From Felis catus (taxonomy: Eukaryota), in assembly GCF_018350175.1 (NCBI RefSeq), contig NC_058368.1, forward strand, positions 196,480,001 to 196,544,000: a stretch of DNA of 64,000 nt, written 5' to 3'. The notes under the pieces are model-generated. The model saw only the letters and a list, made by a program, of their open reading frames with translations, made no database searches and was not told where the DNA came from. Positions 52,192-62,939 of this stretch are shown here, piece after piece. How positions within the stretch are numbered: position 1 is the stretch's first letter; the number at the start of each line of letters is the position of its first letter. The position numbers were made by a program, and so were the translations under genes.

Positions 52192-52398
52192 GGGGTGCCT
52201 GGGTGGCTCAGTCAGTTAAGTGTCTGACTCTTGATTTTGGCTCAGGTCATGATCTTGCAGTTTTGTGAGCTTGAACCCCACGTTGGGCTCTGTGCTGACA
52301 GCACAGAGCCTGCTTGGGATTCTCTCTGCTCCTCCCTCACATTCGCTGTCTCTCTCAAAATAAATAGGTAAACTTTAAAAAAAAAAAAAAAGAAAAAA
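52192..52398 (+). mobile_element. Can-SINE in L1
   Basis: ggggtgcctgggtggctcagtcagttaag head, A-tail. Confidence 0.9.
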
Positions 52399-52929
52399 GC
52401 TTTGGAATAACATTACAATAGCATAAAAAACATGAAATATTTAGGGATAAATCTCAGCCCATATGCTGCAGTATGTGATGGAAAATAACATTAACTGAGA
52501 ATCAAAAGACTAGGGTCCTGGTTCTGGCTTGTTTTGCAGCCCAGTGGTTTTGGATACTTAGGAGAACAAGTCCTTTCTCTTCTCTGGCCCTTTTTTCTAA
52601 TCGGTACAGTAATAAGATTGAATCAGATCAGTGGCCCCTCAATTTTTCTATATCATGTATGCTTCTGAGAATTTGGAAAGAGGTACCGAACCTATCCTAG
52701 GTAAATGCTCTTAAGAAGAAAAGTTCGTATGTAACTTGAGGAGTTTAAGGGTCCTGCAGCACCCCATTCACAGACCCTCCCCATACCCCTCTGCCCAGTA
52801 AATACCTGGACCAGATAATTTGAGTTTGCCAGTGGTACTACTGTCTTAACGTTACTAGGACTTTTACAAAACTACCTGGAAGAGAATTCTTACGGAGCCC
52901 TAATCTCCATCAGCTCCCCACACACTGAC

Positions 52930-53028
52930 CAGTTTGATGGAGGTGGGGTTCTCCACAACTGAGTAGGCAGGAAGAGGCAACATGATGAACTGCGTGGCTG
53001 GCGCAGAGGAGCTACTCTCACTGGGATC
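52930..53028 (-). CDS. HMGXB3: HMGXB3 exon 5
   Basis: ccacag|GATCCC...AAACTG|gtcagt; 99 nt; DPSESSSSAPATQFIMLPLPAYSVVENPTSIKL. Confidence 0.95.
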
Positions 53029-54073
53029 CTGTGGGCACACGGAGAGAAGGACGGTTTTACTGAGATGGAATAAAGAACAAACACCCAGGGCCACCCACAA
53101 CACTGAAAGACTGATCAAGTCCAATAACAACAATGTGCTTGCCCAAAAAAACGAATCTATGATCATCTCAAAACTTTAATTTAGAATAAAGAGAAAACTG
53201 TTACTGCAGAGAATGTGCTATCCTCATTTCACAGATGAGAAAAGTGAGGTTCTAACAGACTTAGGATTCCTAAAATCACATAAGCACTTAGTGAAAGAAT
53301 CCAAGTCTTCTGACCCTGTCACATGTTCTTAACACCCTATCAATCTGCCTTAAGCAGGCAGGTGGCATGCTTCATTATCATAAATAGCAGGGAGGCAACA
53401 AACAAAATGGACTTAGGCCTACCATAGATTCCTCCGCAAGGGGGTACCTGCTCTCCTCTCATACATGTAGGCCATCCTACATTCCTCTCAGCCTAAGCAG
53501 AACTCCTACTCTCTAAGGATGCAACACTACCCAGGGTAATAGAGGGGAGCCACGCAGTGGGACCACTGAAGCTGCTCTTTCCCCTCAGCTGGGCATGACA
53601 CTTATGCCACTGGAGAGACTCCTCTTAACTGTAAGTCCCATCGATCTGGCCTTAAGTAGAGCTTCCTTTTTCCTACACACTCTATGCCCAGGAAGACCAT
53701 CTGAACACTCTCCTCAACAGTTCAAGGTACTATTGTGTTTGCCAAAACAATCTTCAGGGAACATAAAATCCTAACAGCTTGACAGATCCTGGCTTCGATT
53801 CATGGATAGCCCATATCATTTAAATGCTATTAATCTACCTCTGGACTATCTCATGTGAAGAAAACCCTAGCTATCATGGGCAAGAGGAGTTGGTAAGAGT
53901 GCCTAAGAAACTGAAGAGAACTTTAGAGTAAGCCCGGGGGCAAAAAGGTTCAAGAGGACTGTAGTCCTACTAGAAGTCCACACCAGTACTCTTAATTACC
54001 ACCGCATGGCACTTGCTGCCTTTGGAGGAATTTCAGATAAAGCAAAAGAGACATCAGTACCAAAGTCACTTAC

Positions 54074-54571
54074 CCTCATGACAGTTACCACTGACATGCT
54101 CTCCCCAACCTGGGGGTGGGGCATAGCCAGGCTTCCGGTGGGGAGGTCTGGTGAGCCGTTCACTAAGGTCTCTTCAATCACCAGGCTTGTCTGGTACGGT
54201 TGGTGGCTCTCTCCTACCTCCAGGGAAGCCTCCTCCAGGAGCACATCCTGGCTGAGGATCTCTGAGGTAGCGATCTCTTGTACAGCACCTGGCTGGGCAA
54301 GGGCTCCCACCTCCTCAGCTAGGGCCTCCACAGCCAGGCACTGCTCTGCCATGCCTGCATGGCTGGGCACTGCCTCCGGGGCAGCACTGGACACAAGAGA
54401 TGGCCCTTTAGGGGATATCTGGTTCTGGGCCACACAAAGCTCTAGCTGAGGGCAGTTCCGATCCTCCTGTAGGCTGCTCTTGGGGATGATGATGTAATCT
54501 GAGCGGGGGAGGATCTTGCGGAAACCTGGGATGTCCGGAACCACAGCAGTCAGTGCAGAGAGCTTAGAGTT
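54074..54571 (-). CDS. HMGXB3: HMGXB3 exon 4
   Basis: cctcag|AACTCT...ATGAGG|gtaagt; 498 nt; NSKLSALTAVVPDIPGFRKILPRSDYIIIPKSSLQED...SVVTVMR. Confidence 0.96.
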
Positions 54572-56432
54572 CTGAGGATGAGTAAGCCAGGAAGGGGAAG
54601 ACAAGCAGAGATAAATGGCATGAGACTGCATGGACATACACGTATGATGATTTTTTTCCCCCCCTGTAAAAGGGTACCAGAAAGACTCCTCTCTTGACCC
54701 CAAGACTTAGTTAGGGTCAGCCTCCGTCAACAGCAATGTCACCCTCATCTGAATCACAGTTTCACCAATGTAGCTTACTTGCTCAGTCACACAGGAGACA
54801 GACAGATAAAATAGATCAGACTCTGAAAGGGCACTGATCTTGGCATTTGGAACTGTGAGCTGGAATCCCAGATCTGCATAGTTTTGAGCAAATACTTTCC
54901 ACTTTTTAGGTCTTGCTGCCCCATCTATAAAATGAAGAAGCTGAATTTAGCTATTTATGAGTTCTTCCCAGCTCTGGTACTTTAGGATTCCAAAGTGGCA
55001 GAAGATTGAAACATGAGAATGTACAATGTTCAGTAAAATCCCAAAACGCCTAAAATACAAGTCAACAGGTCAAACTGGAACTCAAGGCAGCAAGCAAGGA
55101 TTCTGATAACACTGGTTTCTCCCAGACTTACAAAGATGAACCGATCACATCATGAGACAAAGTGTGTATGGATGGGGATATCTGACAAGGACCTGAATAT
55201 ACTGGTGGGGGTGGGGGAGTGGGCCAGATAGAAATATGAACACTGACTAGGATCTTAAAGTTTAGAAAACACTTTCCCGACCTTAAAAACAACACTATTA
55301 AGTTGGGTACTATAATTATTCCTACCAAAACTTAGGGAGGTAAATTTTCTTAAAATACAAAATTAGAAAGTAATAAAGCTAGGACTCTAAGCCAGCTCTT
55401 CTAAGGAGCAAGGAAACCAGGTATTAAAAGCACAACCCTTCATGGCTAATTGGTACCCAAGAAAAAGGTGCTTTTGTTTTCTTTTTTCAAATTAAACTGA
55501 AAGTTACCCAATAAGTAAAACAGAAAAGTTCAAAGTCAACAGTTAAGTGAGAACTGAAATTAAATGGAAATAATTTCAGATGCATCTTTTAAAAGGAACA
55601 CTAAGTCCATTACAAAAGGATCCTTAAATAAATCAAAAGCAAGAAGTCGATGAGACTACTTAAGGTACAAAGGAAGCACTCAGAGATGAAAGTTAAAAGA
55701 AGCACTCAGATGAAACATAAAAGCAGACAGGCCAAATCCTTTATGGAGCCTTTACTGGAGAGATAATGGAGAAATGACATTCTCAAGTCACCCTTTGAAG
55801 CAGACAGGTCAGGAGAACAAGATTAAGTGGTAGCAAATGCAAAGAATGATCTGGACTTAATCAACAAATCCGCGCACAGAGAAACCAGGCTGGCCTGAAT
55901 GACGCTGGAACCACGGGTCTTGCCACTTGGCAAGACACTGGAAGGGCTGCCGAGACGCCAAGCTGCCACAAAGTCTCTGACAGGCTTTCAAAGTGCGCAG
56001 GCAGGAGGGTCTCACCTTCACACCAGGCAACATGGGAGAGTTCAAAACAGCACCTAAAGCCTTCCCCAGTCTTGGCACGTTCAGATGCTCATGAAATACC
56101 ACCTTTTCTTATTATGTGGCCACTGGACACTTAACCTAGTAAAGAGTGATATTTATCGACGAAGGCAGTGTATGCCAAGGACTCAGCTAGATGCTTTATG
56201 TTATCTATTTTAAACACTGTAAGCAGTTACTATTACTCCCCACTTTATAAATGAGGAAACTAAGACTCAAAGATTAAGTGATTCTTCCAAGGTCACAGCT
56301 AGTTAATATCAGAGATAATCTATTCATGTTCTTGGCAGTAGTGGCAGAGATGACGGTAAATATATAAAATCCCATGTGGATACTGCAGATGATTTACTTA
56401 AAAAAAAAAAATTTAAAGTCTTAATAAGGACA

Positions 56433-56643
56433 AGGGGTGCCTGGATGGCTCAGTCCAACTCTTGATTTCAGCTCAGGTCATGATCTCACAGTTCGTGAGT
56501 TTGAGCCCCACGTTGGACTCTGCCCTGACAGTGCAGAACCTGCTTCGGATTCTCTGTCTCCTTCTCTCGGTGGCTCTGCCCTGCTCGCTCTCCATCTCTC
56601 TCTCTCTCAAAATAAATAAACAAACATTTAAAAACAATTTTTT
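56433..56643 (+). mobile_element. Can-SINE
   Basis: Flanking repeat tttaaagtcttaataaggac (56412-56431, 56644-56663). Confidence 0.9.
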
Positions 56644-57166
56644 TTTAAAGTCTTAATAAGGACCTATATTACTGTCTACCCTTAAATGCTATTATCACTC
56701 TGGGAATAGGGAAAATTTTCTCGTATCAGGGCAAAAGGTTGCTGAATTTATAATGGGGAAACCACAGGGGTATATGCACTTAATTCCTAAATTCCACTTT
56801 CCATCTCCAACAGGAATTGTCTCCCAGATTATTTATAAACAAATCATCTAAAGGAGGGGATACAAAGTGGTATCTCCAAGACCGTAGATAGCACAAAACT
56901 CTTCCAGAAGAGGAATGCCAAGCCAATTTAAGGACAACATAATCTAAATGGCATTGGCAGACGGCTCCACTAAGGGAAAACACAACCTCTTCTGCTGTAA
57001 CACAGTTGTTGCATTCCTGAAGAACCTTTGCTCTATATTATCCAAAAAGAAAGTAGAGACAATGTTTCAACTGAAAAAAAGAGTTAAGGTTAACCCTGCA
57101 GTAACCGGGATATTTTTCCTGCAGGAATTTGTTAAAAACAAACAAAACAGAACAAAAAAACAGCCC

Positions 57167-57395
57167 TGGGGCACCCGGGTGGCTCAGTTGGTTGAACATC
57201 CAGACTCTTTAATTTTGGCATAGGTCATGGGATCAAGCCCCACATTGGGCTCCACACTGAGCATGGAGCTTGCTTAAGATTTTCTCTTTTCTTTTCTTTT
57301 GAGCCTGCTTAAGATTTTCTCTTTCCTTTCTTTCTTTCTCCCTTTGCCCCTCTCACCTACTTGTGCCCTCTAGCTCTTTCTCTTAAAAAAGAGTA
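57167..57395 (+). mobile_element. Can-SINE with an internal duplication (gcttaagattttctcttt twice)
   Basis: ggggcacccgggtggctcagttggttgaacatcc head. Confidence 0.85.
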
Positions 57396-57785
57396 AAAAC
57401 AAACAAACAAAAATAAGCCAGCCCTATTAACAGTTGCCAGTGTGTTTTGTTACTATGAACTAGAAATACACAATGGCTGACAGGCACAAACTGGAAGGCA
57501 CTCTAGAGTATTCTTTAATTCAAGCCTCAGTCTCCTCCATCATCTTCAGCTTTAACCTTGCATTTCTGCTTCTGGCACAGTGCACAACCACCAGCGGGTA
57601 ACAGAAGAATGTGACATTATACAAAGCAGCTATATCTACTTCTAAACTCTGCAAGCCAAGCCCAACTGCTGATTATGTTATAACTGATAGCAACCAGCAC
57701 GACACACATGCATTACGTTCAATGAGTAACATGAACACTGTGCAGGAAAAATGCCTATATAAGCTACTACATGAAGACAAAACTT

Positions 57786-57995
57786 GGGGCACCTGGGTGG
57801 CTCAGTCGGTTAAGCATCCAACTCTTGGTTTCAGCTCAGGTCTTGATCTCACTGTTCGTGGGACTGAGCCCTGTGCTGAGCTCTGCACTGACAGCACAAA
57901 GTCTGCTTGGGATTCATTCCCGCCCCCCCCCCTCAGCCCCTCCCTCACACGTGCATGCTCTCTCTCTCAAAATAAATGAATAGACCTTAAAAAAG
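57786..57995 (+). mobile_element. Can-SINE
   Basis: ggggcacctgggtggctcagtcggttaagcatcc head, A-tail. Confidence 0.9.
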
Positions 57996-58127
57996 AAAAA
58001 CTAAAAAAAGATAAAACGGACTCAAAGTTTTCCCAAGAAAAGGAAACAAGAGAATAGGAGGCTGGTCTTCCCAAGGCCTTCACCACTGACCCAGAGGAGA
58101 AATTAGTTGGAAAACAAAATTACTTAC

Positions 58128-58302
58128 AGGATCCAAACCTTCTTTCTCTAGTTTGGCTTTCTCCAGATAATAACTCCTCTCAGCCACACTCAGGAGCCTC
58201 CAACTTTCACTAATCTTCTTATTGATCTCGGATTGAGGGAGGTGGGGGAGCTCCTGCTGCACTTTCAAGTAGATGTCGTAATAGTAGAGAAGGTAAGCCG
58301 AC
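58128..58302 (-). CDS. HMGXB3: HMGXB3 exon 3: HMG-box
   Basis: ctttag|GTCGG...GATCCT|gtaagt; 175 nt; SAYLLYYYDIYLKVQQELPHLPQSEINKKISESWRLLSVAERSYYLEKAKLEKEGLDP (HMG-box pattern). Confidence 0.97.
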
Positions 58303-59178
58303 CTAAAGGAAGCAGTGACTTCTTCAGATTTTCCCTCATTCGACCAGTAAATACTGCAGTGTTAGGGTTTGACAGTAAAGAGGCAAAAACCTAGCTTTTT
58401 ATTTCAAAGGATTTAACCAAACAGGGACTGAAGCAAAACAAACATTTAAATAACAGCCCCAGACGGTGTACAGGTTTCTCCCTCCAGAAAGCTGGAAGCA
58501 GAAGCTTGTCTGATTCACTTTTCAATGGACCGCATTTTCTACAGGAATGACTGGCTTTAAAGGCCAGTATGAGCAAAGATATACAAGTGCCCTGTCACTC
58601 CTCTCTCAGGGAAAGGTTACTTAGGGGGCTGATCGCAATCTGGTTATCACTCACATGCTTTACTCCTCTACACAGCCTCTGGCCATCTCACCGGTGAACA
58701 GCACCTCCCCAGAGTTGAGAAAGGGAAGTAAATGAACTACCAAAGTAACCTGAAACTGGTAACTTCAGCAAGAAGTTTGGAGTGTTTAGTTAAGAGGGAG
58801 ATTAGAGCTACAGTATGGATAGTCTTTATAGACATCGCTGATACTGTTTATGATTCTGTAGTTTTATTAATGCCTGATTTTAAATGCTTCAGTATCGACA
58901 ATGACAATAATACATAACACAGTTCATTTGTACATAGCTTCCACCATTTGTACAGTACAATTTCCAGTGACAGGAAAACATGATCATAATCTGGCCAGGA
59001 ATGGCAATTGCTGGTATCACTTCCTACTTCCCATCCCCTTCTCCCCACAACACCACACCCGTTCAATAACAGACATGGCACTCTCAAAGAATCTGGACAC
59101 AGCCCAAGGTCTTCCTCAACACAGTTTTCCAAGCAGCTTGTGTTTATAAATGTCAGCTACCTAAACGTGTTGGCTAAC

Positions 59179-59315
59179 CTGGGTTTCTTGGCCTTTTCTC
59201 CATGTATTTTATACTTTTTCTTCTTCTTGGGTGGCCCAGGAGAGGTATAACAGTAGGCTTCCTCAATTTCCTCCATCACGACAGTTACCTCAGTACCATC
59301 ATATGATGCATCCAT
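59179..59315 (-). CDS. HMGXB3: HMGXB3 exon 2 coding part with start ATG (exon begins at 59317)
   Basis: ctctag|CC-ATG-G (spliced context GCCATGG, strong Kozak)...CCCAG|gttagc; MDASYDGTEVTVVMEEIEEAYCYTSPGPPKKKKKYKIHGEKAKKP with a basic NLS-like run; the 19 coding exons sum to 3879 nt = 1292 aa plus stop. Confidence 0.97.
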
Positions 59316-59419
59316 GGCTAGAGCAAAGGCAAACACAAACAAGTTTCAAGAATCTATCCTAAAAAGGACAGCAGGCACTTGATCCAGTGATCCCCTATCT
59401 CTGCCAGGCCCTTAAGGTT

Positions 59420-59620
59420 CAGTCATTTCCCAAACTCAGCAGATCCTAGGAAGCACTGGGAGGAGGAGGGGGGGGGGCGGAGTACTTAACAAACATACAG
59501 ATTCCAGGGTTCCACCTCAGCTTTTCAGAATCCGAAATCTCCAAGAGGGTATGGAAATCTGCATGCTTAACAAGTGTCCCAGGTGATTCCTTTGACTAGG
59601 CAAATTTAGGATCACTAGCT
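59420..59620. mobile_element. MER5-like DNA-transposon fossil
   Basis: cagtcatttcccaaact...tcagaatccgaaatct...ggaaatctgcatgcttaacaag...cccaggtgattc. Confidence 0.6.
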
Positions 59621-60194
59621 TAGACAGCCCATTTGCTTATAATCATTCATGGGACGTAATAATTCTTCAACTCAAAGAATAGCCCCCACATTATAAGAAT
59701 TCCATATGGTAACAGGTAAAAAGAATACTTAGCCAGGAGTCAGAAGTTCTGGACCCTCTCTCATGTTTCATTACCTTAAGCAAACTGCTTCAATGATTCA
59801 TTCAGACACGCAGTAAGTGGCTGTATGTAATAGATTTCTTTACACTCTGCCAGCTTGTGTGACTTTGAGCAGGTAGGTCCTTCAGCTAGTTCAGGTTCGA
59901 GTCTTTCACATATAAAAAGAAAGATGTCTCATCCACCTTTGCTACAGATTTACAGTGATAAGGCTCAAAGGATACCATAGAAGTAAGTCTATTTGAGAAT
60001 AGTCAAGTGCTACACAAAATAAAGGGTTCATTAGTAAAGATTAATAATCTGTGGTTTCATGACATGCCTAAGGCCACCACACCCAAATAGGGACTGAACA
60101 GATTTTTTTTTTTTTTTAATTGAAAAAGCCAACTCTCCGAGCCTTCTTTCATTATACTACACCGCTCCCCATCTCCACTGGCAATCCTCTAAAC

Positions 60195-60372
60195 CAGCAC
60201 TGTTCAATACCCTTTCTGCAAATGATGGGAATGTTCTGTATCTGTGCTCTCCAATACGGCTACTAAGCACCTGAAATATGACTAGTATGATTGAGGAACC
60301 AAATTAATTTGGTTTTGTTTAAATGTAATGAATTTAAATTAGCCACATATATGGCTAGAGTATTGGACAGCT
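60195..60372. mobile_element. MER3/MER33-like DNA-transposon fossil
   Basis: Inverted ends cactgttcaata...tattggacagc; internal tagccacatatatggcta. Confidence 0.7.
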
Positions 60373-60491
60373 TAGGTTTAAACGGCAATCTGACAGACCA
60401 ACATTACTGTCCGGCCTAAGAAACAGAAAATCTATGAACGGATTTTGCTGGAAAAAGAAAGGCACAAAAAAACCTGAATGACGAGTTCAAG

Positions 60492-60539
60492 AAGAGCTAG
60501 TATATTTGTGGCCACAAGAGCTAGTATATCTGTGGCCAC
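60492..60539. repeat. 24-bp direct tandem duplication
   Basis: aagagctagtatat[t/c]tgtggccac twice, 23/24 identical. Confidence 0.95.
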
Positions 60540-61879
60540 GTTCTTAGTAGGAGTTTTACCCAAAAGACTCCATCCTTAGAGGGAGAAAGGTTTCCAGAAA
60601 CCACTTCAATTTTATGAGACAGAAATGATACACTGTTGTTGCTCCTGAAAATCTGTCAGAAGAGAACTTAGGCTTCTGGGAGGAGGGAGTCGGAGCAGAA
60701 AACACAGGAGACATCTGTGTATTACAAAGCCCACTCACATCTCATTTAAACCTCACTCAACAAATGACGAGGTTACCTGGTTAAGGTATAACGAGAAAAA
60801 GAGCACTGCATGTTGAGCAGCGCACGAAGACCTGGCTTCAAGGCTCAACTCTAACCATGTGATCTCAGACAAGTCGATACTCCACCCCGAATTTCAGTTG
60901 TTCCTTATGTGCGATGAAAAAGCTGAAACAGGTAAGCTGCTAAATTTGGGGAAGGCAAGAATACCTTTGAGAATGCTATGAAAGCTAAAAACCCTCCCCT
61001 AGAAAATGCAGACAAACAATGTGTCACCTATAACTTTAAAGACACCCCCAGTCAAAAACACATTCTTCCCAAGGTTCTTTCTCATTCTGTGTCACTTTAA
61101 TGATTTCCCTTCCCATTAAAACAAATAAACCCTGCATTCTGTCACAGTGCAACCCAGGAAGAGAATATAACCCACAACTTGGTTGGGTAAGTTGACAGAC
61201 CAGTGCCTTCACAGGGTAAGGGTAGCTAGAATTCAAATCAAGGCTATGTAGGTACTGTCCTTTTTTTGCCCTTAATCAATTGACTTTTCAGCCCTTGAGA
61301 GTCTTGCAAAGAAAAGCAGTAACTGCAGGAAAGCATCTGTAAAGAATGCCATATAAGATTTTAGCACCCAGAGCAAAAACAATTTAGGAAACAGAGTCAT
61401 TACAATCACCTTGGGGTGGGGGCAGGAATAGATTGTCCTGGGTTTTTGCTTGTTTGACTACCCCATTTTAACCTGGGTCCAAGATGATTTTCAGACCCTA
61501 GGCCTCAATACACCAGTGCAAAAAAAGGCAGGATAATATAAAGGTTAAAACCAAGGGCTCTAGAAGGCAAAAGATCAGGATTCTAAGTTACCCATTTTAA
61601 CGGCATCCACACAGAGCTCTATGACCTTGAGAAACCTACTTACTCTCTCAGCCTCACTGTTCTCATCTGTAAAACAGGATTAAGGGCAATACGTGAAATC
61701 TGAGACACTTTGTTCTTTCAGACGCTCCTCATAACCTCACGAGATGGCCTTTGACGGTTCGACTAAGGGCCATGGCTTGCCTTTGAGCTAGTTCTTTCCC
61801 CTCTCGGGGTCTCAGACGTCCCTTCCGAATGCGGAAGAACACTAAGGCTTACTGCTCCTATTCTGTGGAAGTGGCAACA

Positions 61880-62770
61880 GGGCTCCGAGAGCCGCAGGAC
61901 CCGACTCGAGGTGGCCCAGCGGGTCGGTGGCACAGTGCAGCGAGGTGCCCGAGGGCGGGACTTACCCGGAGGAGCGTGCACGCCGCGCGGCTCACATTCC
62001 CGGAGGCGTCCGGCCCGAGGGCTCGACGAGGGGGCTGGCCGGCGCACTCGCGCTCCCCGCTGTCGGCGAGAAGCGGCTCCAGTCGTGACAGCGGCAACAA
62101 GGAAGTGGAGGCGAGGGCTCGCGCGCGCATCCCGGGGGCTGGAGGAGCCCCGGCCCCGCGGCCCCGCCCGGCGACACACGGCGCGGAGTCGCGACAGCTC
62201 CTCTCGCTCCCCCTCCTCGGAGTCGCGATATGAGGTCGTGGAAGGCGGGTACGGGAGCACAGGTTCGCTCCGCAGGCTCTTCACCGACGCCTGCCGAGGG
62301 CCCCGGGGGTCAAGCCCCGGGGAACCCGAGGAAGACAGCAGGGACGCGGGCGTCGCCGCAGCACCGGTTCCGCGGCGGCGGCGGCGGCAGCAGCGGCAGC
62401 AGCACACCTCGGATCGCCAGGGAGACCCTTCCCGGCGGCCCTCGCGGCGCGCCGGAAGCGGCCACCTGCGCGTGACTGCGTGCGACCCTTTGCGCAAGCG
62501 CAACAGTCCAGCCCTAGTCGAGAGGCGGGCCCATAGGAACTCCTTAGATGCTTAGAGGGGGCTTGGTAAGGCGGACGGACTGCTTCCGGCTAGAAGTTCC
62601 GGGAGGAGGAGGAAGCTGCGGCCGCCCGCGGTGGGACGCCGGGGCCGCTTAGCCCTCGGGCGTTGCCGTAGGGCGCTCAGGTAACTGGGGCGGGGCTGTG
62701 CCGAGCGTGAGAGGTCGAGGCCACGCCTCACCTCTCAAAGCCACGTCGGGCCGTCCGGAGCCCCAGCACC
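61880..62770. promoter_or_regulatory. CpG island / promoter of HMGXB3, likely bidirectional
   Basis: Very high CpG and GC content; ETS cores CCGGAAG (62452-62458) and CTTCCGG (62583-62589); NRF1-like TGCGCAAGCGCA (62491-62502); GC-box GGGGCGGGG (62687-62695); no TATA seen. Confidence 0.88.
61966..62480 (-). other. HMGXB3: HMGXB3 first exon (5' leader); the 5' end/TSS is approximate
   Basis: CpG-rich segment ending in a consensus donor CCTCCGG|gtaagt at 61966/61965. Confidence 0.8.
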
Positions 62771-62939
62771 TCCCTTTCAGCACGGTGTTCAAGGCCTGAC
62801 CCCAGCCTTGCCCAGTCTGTCCCTGCTTTTTCAGGATAGGATTCTTACTTGTTAGTGCCGCATCAAGCTGTCCTTCTCACCCGGGTGATCTGCCCCCAAT
62901 CCGTCCTTCTGCCCCACACACAGTTATGATAGTGAATTC

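Larger units (their letters stand above)
48590..52460 (+). mobile_element. Degraded L1 ORF2 (endonuclease to RT region) with four nested SINEs and a nested L1 3' fragment
   Basis: L1 motifs (ggtcatttcataatgatgaaggggtcaat, tcaaaatttgtgggatgcc, aaagctggttctttgaa, caagtggggtttattccaggaatg); many stops. Confidence 0.88.

Noticed and set aside
48590..52460. Active L1
   Set aside because: No long ORF, many stops and nested insertions, no 5' UTR or ORF1
61763..62503. 246-aa unspliced ORF as a standalone gene
   Set aside because: No ATG, and it runs through the exon 1 donor into the intron; only the spliced in-frame reading is kept as a finding
61829..62555. + strand Arg-rich ORFs over the CpG island
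   Set aside because: Stop depletion from extreme GC content; no domain similarity
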